From assembly GCA_973851085.1 (NCBI GenBank), contig OZ316775.1, forward strand, positions 9,920,001-9,984,000: a stretch of 64,000 nucleotides of DNA. The letters are read 5' to 3'. Positions 37,343 to 49,038 of this stretch are shown here, piece by piece (within the stretch, counting starts at the first letter, position 1; every line of letters starts with the position of its first letter). The DNA is from Ptychomitrium polyphyllum. Its lineage: Eukaryota. The position numbers and the translations under genes were made by a program. A model generated the notes under the pieces. It was not told the DNA's origin and did no database searches. It saw nothing but the letters and a program-made list of their open reading frames with translations.

Positions 37343-39269
37343 CTCCGCCCTCCACATTCCCCCAACCGCTCCGCTCCGCTCACCCAGTAACATTCCCTTT
37401 TCGCTGGTCGCTGCCGTGTCCTCCGGCGTATTCCTACATTCTCGTCCGTCTTCTCATACGCTCTGGCGTATTTCTGTCCTCTCATCCATATTCTCGTCTC
37501 CTCTGGCACTCTTCTGTATTCTCGTCCGTCTCTGCAAATCCTGTGTCGTATTTTGCCTATCCTGTGTCGTATTTTGTGTGCTCCCTGCCGTATTGTGTAC
37601 TGTACGTCTTTAGTTGTCCTTCTGTGGTAGTCCTTCTTTCTTTCCATGAGCAAGATTAATCTGATTCAAATACGGGCTTTAGATTGATCCTTTCTAGGAT
37701 TTTGGATGGGTTAGGAGGAGATGGATGTCTTAATAGTGGAAAATAGACTTTTTAACTAGGTGAAATGAAACTCATCTTGAAGGTTTTTAAACGTTGACTT
37801 ATATATGTTTGGAAAGAAAAATATACATTATAGTACATGGCCACGCATTGGATCTAACTTAAGGACTTAAAAATAATTAATTAATTTAGAGAAAGTTAAG
37901 CCTATGTATAATACATGCAATAGAACTTTTGTATAAAGAGAAGCAACAAGCAAGAAGATATAGTCCACAGAGTAGCTTTCATAGTTTTAATTTTGTCCAA
38001 TTAAATATGTAGCATTTGGAAGTGGACATTCTTTTTGCTTGTTATGAAATTATAGGTTGATTTTTTTTGCAATTTTTAAGATTGATCTTGAATTCCAATG
38101 CAAACTCCAATACATCCCATATGTATCTAGATTTTACTTCCTTTTTTTCCAAAAGTATATAAGTCAATTTTTTTAAACCATTGAAATTAAGTTTATTTCA
38201 CTAATATAATATGGAAGTGGCCAATTTGAGCTAAATATACACTTGGAAATTACAATAAATGTATTGAAAACATTCCATGTATCAAGAACTAAACTTCTTT
38301 ATTGTACTCTTAAATGTAAAAGTTACAAAAAGCTTAAAATGTATGAAAAACAAGCATTTTTCTACAATTCTAATATTTCATAAAATAATATAAACAAGAT
38401 AGAATGCATTGTAATGAAGATCCCTTAATTGTGTATAAAAACATACTTATTACCTAAAATTGTAAATAAAGCACAAATTCAAAAAAACTTAATTTATAAA
38501 CAATAAGAATTTTTTTTAAACTAATATTTTTTTAGTCCAATATTTTAAAAATAAAATTGCCATGCTTCAAACGTATATGCTAATTTAACTTCCAAAAGTC
38601 TTTTTGGCTCATTTTGAATTAATCCCAATCTTTAATCTTATTGGTCTTTTTCTTCATATGCCTCATTATTGTGAACATTTTAAAGGTAATTCATTAAGTT
38701 ACTTATCTATCAAACTTTATGTTTGGAATTACTAATATACATATTTAAATCTAAAAATATACATACATTCATGACATTTTGGAAATCTTGAGTAGTATGT
38801 GAAATTTTACCAAACCAACTTTGCATTGACTTTATTGCAAAAGGAATCTTGCAAAAATACAAACATAGATATAAAAAGCACATAAATTTTCACTTTAATA
38901 ATACCTCATTTCAAACCCATACCAACATATTTTAACAAAAACACATGAATGATATTTTTGTAATCAAACTCAAAAGGAATATTGAAACAAAATTTTCAAT
39001 ATTTTGAATAGCTGTTGGGAAACCGCTTTGGCAAATCTAAATGCACACATAAAATGTAACCTCAAAATTTAGAACCTTAATTTACACATCAACACAAAAA
39101 ATACTCCTCGAAGTAGTACTTCAGAAAGAAAAAAATCTCAAATTGTCCAATCCGCAGACACCCTGTGACCTTGAGGGGTCAAAAACTCTTAAGAATAAAA
39201 AACATGCCTTTACTTGAAGAAACTTGCTTTTATGGAGTTTTGTCGAGCTTGCTTTAGATTGCCTCTCTT

Positions 39270-40913
39270 CAAGTCACTTCACATGAGCTGACTCTGTCTG
39301 ATCGTGTGCAGACTTTCGTGGGGATTGACATTATTCTATGTTTATTTTGAGACGACTGGGTGTTTTGTTTCACAAACATCCCAATACAAAGTACAACCGA
39401 GTACCACACTAGAATGTGAAACAAGAGTCTGTTCCTTCGAGATCCTTCCTCAAGAACACTAGTCACATAAGGGCTGCATTTGTACTTCGCAGGATTACTG
39501 TCAGGGACAGTAGTAGCGATGGAGTTTCGGAGTTCTTGTTGACTTGGACACTCTCGTGCTTGGAACTGGGACTGCAAATGCCATACATTGCTCTTCGGGA
39601 TCTTGTGCCCTCGGACTTGGTATATACTTGTGTCAAGCTCTCGGTGGAATGAATGTCCACCTGTTTGAAAAATGAACACCATATATTTTCGATTGTATGC
39701 AGGCGGGCTCTGGGTGCGTGGGTCTTGCAATGTCCTCAGAGTAAAGCCGCACTTCTTATTGTTTCTCTGTGATATAGGCCTAGACGGAGGTTTTTGGAAT
39801 GACTCACCTGTCAAGGAAGTGCAGAAAGCTTCATCAACAACTATGTGCAGTGCACCGCAAGCAAGGTTGGGTAGTCCAGGTTGCATGTTGGTGTAATTGG
39901 GTGGGGGCAGCGCTGCCACAATCCATTATTATCCACCACGCCATAATCAATAATAGATCATGGACAGACCACGACCTGGTTAGGTGCATGTAAGCAAAGG
40001 CAAAAGCAAAGACGATGGCACTCGAATCACTTGAGAGTGTCCTACTACCTAAGAAGACGAGACTAAACGCATGCGCTACTGCCATCAGCTGGAACGTTGC
40101 TACACTTCGAAGTCAGAAATAGACGAGGAAATGGCACAAGAATGTGCAAATCGAGGAGGGAGCAACAAGCAACTTGCTCATATCATTATCATGCACTTGC
40201 GAATAGAAGATGAGAACACCATCATAGAAGTGAAGAGGGAGTAAGAAAGAAATTACTGAATTGAAGTTGAACTTTGTGACTTACACGTAACACCTCTGTG
40301 TACTGTCTCTCGTGATAACGAGGCAAGAGTATCTGCAGAACATGATTGAGAATGGGAGTGATGAGCTGGCGTTTCAGTGCTATCAGGTGTAAGCAAGTAT
40401 TACTTCATCTGGTAAGAACTAACCTCACAAACAGATTTCACAACATTATTCACTCTCTGCACTCAAATTGCAACAATCGCACTTGGCCAATTTGTGAACT
40501 GCCAAAGGCGAAATAATACTTAACAAATATGTGAGTCAGTCAGCGTTAGAAAGAGTGACCACACGCAATACAACTGACATAAACCGGGTGTAATAACCCC
40601 TAAACCTCGAGAGAAGCAAAACAAAACTATCAACAAACCCTCCCCAATTCTTGCAGGAAATGTAACCACAATCCCTAGACAATGAACATTCTTTCAACAC
40701 CCCATAGACACACCATAAGACGATTGTCATCGTTTTTCAAAGACATTATGTACAAACGACACATAAGTCACTACAATTTCCCTTTCATGTATAAAAATCA
40801 ATCTTCGTTTCATCATCACATAATGCCTTCAAATTATACTGAAACCACATCTTCGTGCACCATGAAAGTGCAAACAGGATAAAGAGATTCAGAAAACTAG
40901 ATCGCCACTTACC
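39270..40913 (-). other. Putative spliced non-coding or decayed transcript segment downstream of the F-box/kelch gene
   Basis: Ordered chain of five GT-AG introns on the minus strand: 40912-40499, 40423-40333, 40284-40089, 40048-39976, 39807-39661. No recognisable spliced ORF. Confidence 0.45.
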
Positions 40914-41346
40914 TCAGTACCTCGATCTAATCATATACTCCGATCAAAAAAGATCGGCAGCTTACAAGATTATACACACAAGCTCCTCATCAGTCTCTCG
41001 GTAATAATACACTATTCAACACTATATACTCCTACTCTTTGTACGCCGATTTGATGCTCCTGATCTTGGTCGATACCACGAAGGCAACAAAGACCCCCTC
41101 TCCACTCAAGCATTCCACATAGTGTACAAAAAAGCCATGCCCTTAGGGAGCAGTTCTTTAAACATAATCTCCTCGAACCGAGCAATAGCCTTCCCTAATT
41201 CTAGAAGCTCTCAAAACAAGTAACTAACCTCTTCCTTCGAAGAAAAAGAGACACGAGCTCCAATAATATCAATCGCCTCTCCTATACTCTAAGCGCACAG
41301 AACTCAAAAAAAGTTAGTCCTGAGCTGGATCGTTGACGGTGATCCA

Positions 41347-42531
41347 TTACATTTCGAATGAGCAGGAGGTTTGCGCCAAGTTCAGAAACTGGTCATTGCA
41401 AGAAACCGTCTGCCACTGAGCTTTACGAGCACCGCAACCAGGGATTAAGGCCAAGGTCCTCAAAGTCGCGGTGTCATTCTTCCTCGCAAGGCCTGTAATC
41501 ACAAGCGAGCTCCGAGTTGCGGCGATAGAGAAAGATGCCATCTCCCCCTTGTCGGAGTCCTCCGGCACCTTCTCCACAACACTCCACGCATTCTTCTCGG
41601 GAGAGTAAACAACCACCTCTTTTCCGTAAAGACCATACAACCGCCCCGCCATAGCCGTCAATGAGCTCGGATTCGCCACATCGGCGTCGCGAGCCACAAG
41701 AGGCCACATATTCTCAATCAAGCTCCACGCATTCGCAGGAGTGTCGTATACCTCACCACTCCTACTAAACACGCCCTGGGACTCTGTACCATAGCCACTC
41801 ACCACGTAGAACCGCCCCTCCATGACCACCCCTGTGCACTCATCTCGCTCCTCTAGCATACTCCCCAAACTCTCCCAGCATCCAGTATCCACATCGAAAG
41901 CCGCAACAGATCGAAGCGCCTTCTTCTCCGCATCGTGTCCACCCGCAACCATCACTCTACTCCCAACCGCTCCGCACGCAAAGAAGTTCCTCACGCTCGG
42001 CATGTCCGCGCCCTGCCTCCACCTCTGTGTGCAGAAATCGTACACAAACACCGACCGAGACGGCTCCCACGTGCTCTGCCACCACCCACCCATCGCCACC
42101 AGCTTCCCCTTCAACGCCACAAGCTTGCAGAACGTCGGCAACCCCCGCGGCAAACCTGGAATCGCCGGCAACCGCTCCCACTCCTGCCTCTCCACATCCA
42201 GCAGCGTCACTCCATACACAGGATCAAACGATGCCGCCATAAACGAGCAGCTCTTCTCCGCCAGCACCTCAGTGCTCATCGGCATCGGCTGCAACATGCA
42301 CAGAAATGAGCCACTCGCCCCCTCCGCCCTCCTCTGCTCGTAGTACTCCTTACTCTGCACCAGCTCCCGCAAACCTCTACTCACACGCTGCAGATTCGCA
42401 TGCCAATGCAACGGCACTCGCACCAAGCACTTGATGAACACATCGTCCGGCAATGCCTCCATCAGACCGCCGCCACTCGCACACTCACCATCGAGCTCCA
42501 TCAAGTTATTGTACGCCACGAAATCCGCCAT
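41347..42531 (-). CDS. F-box/kelch-repeat protein (KFB, KMD/At1g80440-like clade), intronless
   Basis: F-box LMEALPDDVFIKCLVRVP; kelch repeats with GG..W, WRQGADMPSVRNFFACG, VAGGHDAEKKALRS, ERDECTG, FYVVSGYGTESQG; ATG MADFVAY at 42531. Confidence 0.93.
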   Translation of the reverse strand: MADFVAYNNLMELDGECASGGGLMEALPDDVFIKCLVRVPLHWHANLQRVSRGLRELVQSKEYYEQRRAEGASGSFLCMLQPMPMSTEVLAEKSCSFMAASFDPVYGVTLLDVERQEWERLPAIPGLPRGLPTFCKLVALKGKLVAMGGWWQSTWEPSRSVFVYDFCTQRWRQGADMPSVRNFFACGAVGSRVMVAGGHDAEKKALRSVAAFDVDTGCWESLGSMLEERDECTGVVMEGRFYVVSGYGTESQGVFSRSGEVYDTPANAWSLIENMWPLVARDADVANPSSLTAMAGRLYGLYGKEVVVYSPEKNAWSVVEKVPEDSDKGEMASFSIAATRSSLVITGLARKNDTATLRTLALIPGCGARKAQWQTVSCNDQFLNLAQTSCSFEM

Positions 42532-45500
42532 CGCAATCTTGAAAAACACAAAACTCAAACTCGAGCTCCAACTCAGTCCTCTGGGCTACTTGAGCACATT
42601 CTTGAATACCCTCCCCACTGTCCTCTCAGGTCAAGTATGAGACCTCAGCATTGAAAAATGGAGCGCATGAAGACAGCTCGGCCAATGTTACGGCCTTAAA
42701 TAGCGCAGCCACGCTCTGCAACGAGAACTGTAATCAAATAGAGGCTGGAGCCCACGACCCTCTCTCTCTGCAACTGGTGCTCACGCTCGCATTCATCTGT
42801 GTTGTGCTGCTGCTCTCTTTATTATTATTTCCATTGCAGTCGGGTGGGGTCGATGTTATGGGGGTGGGGACCAGGGATGCATGCTGAAATTAGTCACTGC
42901 ACCCATAACCAACACCATCTACCAGCGGTGTACAGTTCAGCTCTGAAATCTACCACGTGCGTAGGTGGCATCGATTTTTCTGAAACCAACAATATCCTTG
43001 CAATTTCAATGTATCTTCTAATAGATAATATCTTCGGCGACAGCGACGGTTTAGAGTACGCATCGATTATCTAACCACATACTGCAGCTGAGAGTGACGA
43101 TCTTCAAAAGAGGTAGATAATGAGTGCCACATACGTGAGGCTTAGGGCCATTGAACTCCATAGAAACGCAGTGCGGTTCCAGATTCACATAAACGGTGGG
43201 AGGCAAACGCAAAAGCGTCAGTGTCTCCGAACTCGACGCGAAGTCTACTCCGGGCATAGACTTCAGAATCGAATCTATGGAGTAAATGGGTACTGCCAAA
43301 TTTGGAACTGAGGATGCTGTGGCAGGTACGGGATAATATATCAGAAGATTCTGATTTGTCAGGGAAGGCGCTGTGAGTCTGCCAGTTTTTCCTCCGGGAG
43401 AAGAATTGCGGGGTGCGGGCAGCATCTTCGGAGAAGTTGAGAAGGGTGATCATGTTATTTGGGTGGGCCCCATGGGAGTTTCTTTATGTGATTGTGAGGA
43501 TGCTTTTGCAGTGGTTTGGATATCATCCTTTATCATGATTGGTGCAAAAGGGGGAGGGATGGGCCATGAGGGTTGGGTCCAGTGGAAGGTAAGAGGTTTG
43601 GATTTTGTGGTTTGTGGGGTCGTTTTGGGGTCATAAGGGCTTGGAGGGTTTATCACTTTACTTTATTAAAGGATCTAAATGGGGGGTGGCTTGTACAATG
43701 GAAGGTTGTTTCAGGGGAAGGCAGGTGTGGTGAAGAATAAGAAGAACTCTAGCTTTTAAAGAAATTGTAGAGCACAGAATCGCCCTGATAGCATTCAGTA
43801 ACCTGTGTGAGCTTGTATTCTCACAACTGAGACTCTCAACACTGGTTCTAGTTTGTATGGTAAGAAATTCTCATGTTACCCATGGTACCATCTCTGGAAG
43901 GCCACACTAAGCCTTGATTTGTTCCAATTGTTTGGTCCTTTGGCCAGTGGCATATAGTAGTAGCATACCCACATAGCTGGGTTACTCATAAACAATTATC
44001 AAACGAATTGGAAGATTATGAGACCAAAAATTTGGAACTATTATAGAGTAACCTTTGTCTAACATATCCATTTTGGTCACCCTTCTACATGGCAGAGGCA
44101 CCAAGAAATGATCAGCCCTGCTGTCACAAACTTGTCACCAATTCTGTGTAACAAAATGTCAAGCTCACATGTGACTGGCCTCTGGACTTACTGTCCCCAG
44201 TCAGAGTCAAAACGCCACGTGGTAAGGCCATCTCAACATGCTGCACCAGGATGTTTTCAAAACCAAGGATGCCTAGAGTATGGCTTTTTGGGTTTGTACA
44301 TCCATATGTACCAACATGGCATATTATTAGTTGGTAGACCATTCATAAGTTGCCGTGTAGTAATAGAAAGCAAACACCCTTATAGTAGTATCATCTCAAA
44401 GATATAAATTCCAAACATAATTTTGGCACCCCTATAATTCCTGCAGCTTGCCTGCTCCTTTCAAAAGTGCAATGAACTGTACTACGGGATTCCAAGCTTC
44501 CTTGTCATTTCCAGGTTTCATAACTTACTACAGTCCGTAGAAATGCAGGTTATTGCAGAGTACGGCTACAGTACGATAGTTCATACAGTAAAACTGACGA
44601 AAACTCCCCAGTTTTGGATGCATGCTCTAGGTAGAACAAACTTAAGAGTGCAGGATATTGTGAATTGTCACAGAACTTATGCATGTAAAGCAGAGGAGCA
44701 TGGCTTCTCTAAACACATGCTTATCCAAAACACTTGTATTCTGAGAACCTTTTGCTCTGTCTTCCTCCACTGTTTCCTCTATAAGTAACCTTTGAATTTT
44801 TGCATACCCATTTCTTAAGATCATTGTGTAAACTGCACCAGTGTTCTGGTCCACACCACACCACACCACTTCTAGCCCCTAAATTATTCTTTACTTTGGA
44901 AATTTGTCATGATTCCAATACTTGGAATGAAACTGTATATTTATCATAATTTATTTTTTCTGATTAGAGTTTTCATTGAAATTTTAAACTTGAAATATTA
45001 TAACACCTGTATAAAGATATGTTTTAACATTAATTCTCATGTAAAAGTTCCATATTAAATTTGTTGAAGATTGTTCTATAAAGAAGGAATGAATAAATAG
45101 AAACGTTACACCATTTTCATACCCTAAATCAACTTAAAAATTTTGAACTTGCCATTTTATGGATAAATACTATGAATGTTTTTGTAGTTTATAAAAAAAA
45201 TGTGTAGCTTTGTAAAAATAAACTAAAAGTCCTTCCTTCACTTTCTTATATTTTAGTTCCACAATCCTCCACATTAATAAAAAGGACTATTTCTTGATGA
45301 ATTTATATCAATACAACATGGTATGTATCATTTATATTTTATTTGAAAGAATATTCTCGCAGTTAAATTTAACATAGAAAATCACGAACTTTGTATTTTG
45401 TATTCAATTTGTGCAACTAAATTTACTATGCTATCATCAGTATTTTCTTTGAAAATTTAAAACTTTAAATCAACTCAGTAACAGCTAATCCAACAATTGA

Positions 45501-48500
45501 ATAAGACAATGATTTGCTTGAAGAATCTCCACACAATGTTTTGCTTTGAAGGCCAAATATTTGTACCAGTTCAAAAACACATAAAAAAGGCTTCTGAGGA
45601 TCAGATTATTTACATCTATTTGTAGTTTGGTTTAATAGAAATATAATAAGTTGGTAAGCTAGCTTCATGGAGGGATCCATAAAACACTTTACCATGCTCA
45701 TTGGTCACCTAGACTAAAAGAGGCTGAGATTTGGAGATTCACAATTTCAAACATTTACAACTTTTCTGTACCCAGGCCAAATTCTTTTTCCTTTGCAGGT
45801 ATGATATGAGAAAATAAATCCTGTTTCAGATTATAAAGAATGTTATAACTGCAGTGAAACTATATCTGAGATGCCAGTAATGTGGATCTCATTGCAAGGC
45901 CATACAGTACATTGCTTGAACTCATGTAACTCAACATAAACATAGAATCCCCACTTTCACTATAGACGTGGACAGGGATGCCAGCTCTGTGGTCTGCATG
46001 CTATGTTGGAAAGGGTGGATAACCCTCAGACGTATTTGATGGCAATTGCTCATATTGATGTTCTTACCGGATCATAACATTCTGTGGATGATCTGCACAC
46101 TTTGATGAACTGTAGTAGAATAGTACTCCAGGCATTATGCTTTGCCAAACATTCCTTAGGAACATACTATGGTATGCTTTCCTGTGGAAGTAGTCCAGGT
46201 TCATGTGACTGAAAGAATGTTACAGTATGTCATTATCAGTGAAAGTTGAACAGCTGCAATTATGCAACTCTGAATCATACCAGCAGTAAGTTCAAACTTC
46301 TGCTAATAAATTATACCAACTTGTACCTGACCGGGGTTGACCCATGTTGACTTGGGTTGACTCAAGGTGACTCTTCCATTAAAACCATGTGTTCCTCCTA
46401 AGAACGTTGTTCATTGGTGTAACTGTTATTGTCAGAGTTATGTGATTCAACTTTTCTTCATCTCAACAAACCCATTTGGAAAGAGGACACAGGTACAAAA
46501 TTCTCCACACAATTTCCACCTTCATGGCCTCTAAGTGGAAATTTAAGGAGAAGTTTATCCAGAACAAAGTAAACTTGAGATAATAATTGTGATGTCAAAA
46601 TTGCATTTATAGATAACTTTAAATTGTGATGTCATTTTGACATTAAATGGCACTAGTCAATATGATATCAAAATGATAGCAAACCCATTTCAAATGACAT
46701 TGAAATGTCTTGAATTAAAGCAATGTTATTTTAATCCATGCTATTTTGGAATCATTGTAATGACACATTATTATCATTGTGACAATGTTTGGATCAGGAC
46801 CACAAAGCACCTGAACACAGAGCTTCCACAGAACCCGTCCACAAGTCCAGGTTGATGAATTCATCACAATGACATGCAGAGGATTCTTGTTGCATGGTTA
46901 TGCATGTCTAGAAAGCATCAAAATCTACTGATCACCTACCCTCCTTGGTATTCCCAAGTTTGATTAAGTACAGTAGTACAGAACTGATCAACGTATGGAA
47001 TGATCCCAATGCAGAATCAGTGCAGTAATTTGAGCTCAACCTACAATCCTAGCAGGAGAGAGGCAAACTTAGTAAGTTACAATAAAGAGGGCCCAGATTG
47101 CACAAGGGCATGCAAGTGCAGGCTGTGGCAAGTATTTCAAGTTTGGGAAGCCTGAATAGACCGCCATCAGTACAGTAACTTACAAAGAGACCACGAAGCC
47201 TTGTCAGTGGGTCCAACAAGAGGTGAGAAGGTGTGGAAGAAGCTACCTGAAGGAGCCGGACCCCACCAACTCACAGAGACTCCAAATCCCCAAAAACGTT
47301 CTAGAAACAGGTTATCTGGCACTGTAACTTATTACGTCTTTTGCAAGTATACTTATAGGATGCAACTTCTAGTTGCATCCATGCATCAAGCTCTTTGTTG
47401 TTTTTCATTTATTTTTCAACAGTTGCGTGTGCTTCTCCAGTGTTGGATTGGTTACGGTTTGTAGTTCCTGTCGGTTTGATGAGCCCTCTCATCGACCCTT
47501 CACATGCAGTTGGGTGTCCCCTATTATTTGGTTTGATTACTTGTTCCATCTTCCAGAACCTGTTGAATACTACATCTCTGTGGGCGGGAATTTCTACTAT
47601 CTTGCGGTGAAAGTTGCAATTCATATTTCAACGGTCACACTAAAGTTATTAAGCAAGAAAAGGAATGTTTCGGCAAGCTTAGAGAATTGAATTCTGCATC
47701 TGATATCTACAGAGTAGAAGAAAAATTCCGGTGGAGTCTTCAGGGAAAGAGAAAAGAAATAAAAACTGACTGTAGACTCGAAGTTCTGCATTAGGTAGGA
47801 GTATACATAATCTGCATGCACCCAATTCCGGCACCTACTAAATCTTTGATAAAATTACAAGCTAGACTGTTGAATCTTTCAAATTCATAGTTGTTTATTT
47901 TAAGGCTACATTGTTTTGCAACTTCAACAATTCACAACAAATTTACTGAAAGTCTGCAAAAGTGAAGATTCTTTCATTTTAGGATTCTTTTTGAAATGAA
48001 GATCTAGCAGAAGTAGTTGCAAGCAAATCTAATTCTGTAGGTGCGCTTAAATGCTTAAATTGATGGTTATAGGTGCTCCTAACTTAACTGCAATAACGTT
48101 CATTACTGCACTGGATGATCTCCTCAAGCCATAGTTTTACGTACTGACAGAGACTAGGACTCAATGGTTATTTCATTAAGCTTGGAACGAATCTTCCAGC
48201 ATTCCCTAGCACTTTCTACAGTAACACTAGTCTATCGTGGCGCGCATTCCGAGATTACCAACCCTACGATCTCTGAAAAGGGAACTCCTAGGGCTTTGCT
48301 GATGGCTGGCAGTTGGAAGTACATATCATTTATCACTCTCTCAAAGTGCAAAAGATCCCACTACAATTATAGTGAAGTCGCGAAAGCTGCCACGCACAAA
48401 GATTATTACTGTTAATAATGAAAACAAAGATAAAACCAATTAGATGCTCAGAAAGGCAAAAGATTTAACGAAAAGGAAACTGTCTTAATAACGTTAGTTC

Positions 48501-49038
48501 TAATGCAATTTAGATACAGATCTAGTAGAAAAAATTAAATCTTTTGAAAACATATAGGAAACATATACATATGCCGAAAATATAATGAGAATGAACATCC
48601 CAAAGCAAATAAAAAGTAACGGTGAGTTTCAGAAACTTCGACTCGACGAAAATACTACAAGGCCACACAGTAGAGAACTTCTAAAAAGCAACATTTAATC
48701 TGTAATCTATTTAGGCAAGTATCACATTGGGCGTAGCTGTGTGTTAGATCAATATGATTTGAAACTTGCACTTCTATGTTACGACCACATCCATTTCCTC
48801 TAGTTAGCTATTTGCACTGAATGAGGACTCAATTACGGCATTCAGTGCCAAATCAAGTTGGCCCTGCCGTTCAGATCCTACCTTGGCCTTCCACTTGGTT
48901 AAGCAACAAACAAGGACAATATTGCGTACACGATCTATTGTACTGAATGAATACAATGGCAAATTCGGGAAAAGGAAAATTATAAATACACATCAACTCG
49001 GTGAGGACATGTATCTGGATCTCAAACGAAGCTGCCAA

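Noticed and set aside
39269..39919. 216-aa minus-strand ORF as a stand-alone gene
   Set aside because: Non-ATG start, no recognisable domain, and it runs through a canonical-looking intron (39807-39661).
41822..42343. Antisense ORFs overlapping the F-box/kelch gene (similar ones over PDC, COPG and the 17-18 kb gene)
   Set aside because: Expected shadow ORFs of GC-rich coding sequence; no independent motifs.
43051..43656. Overlapping 60-124 aa ORFs upstream of the F-box/kelch gene
   Set aside because: No recognisable domain or consistent exon structure.
46850..46937. TGATGA ... CTGA with AGGT/ACCT flanks as a snoRNA
   Set aside because: No purine before TGATGA, stem register does not fit a kink-turn, no identifiable guide.
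47000..48420. Scattered splice-like signals and short ORFs suggesting another decayed gene
   Set aside because: Could not assemble consistent exons or recognise any protein motif.
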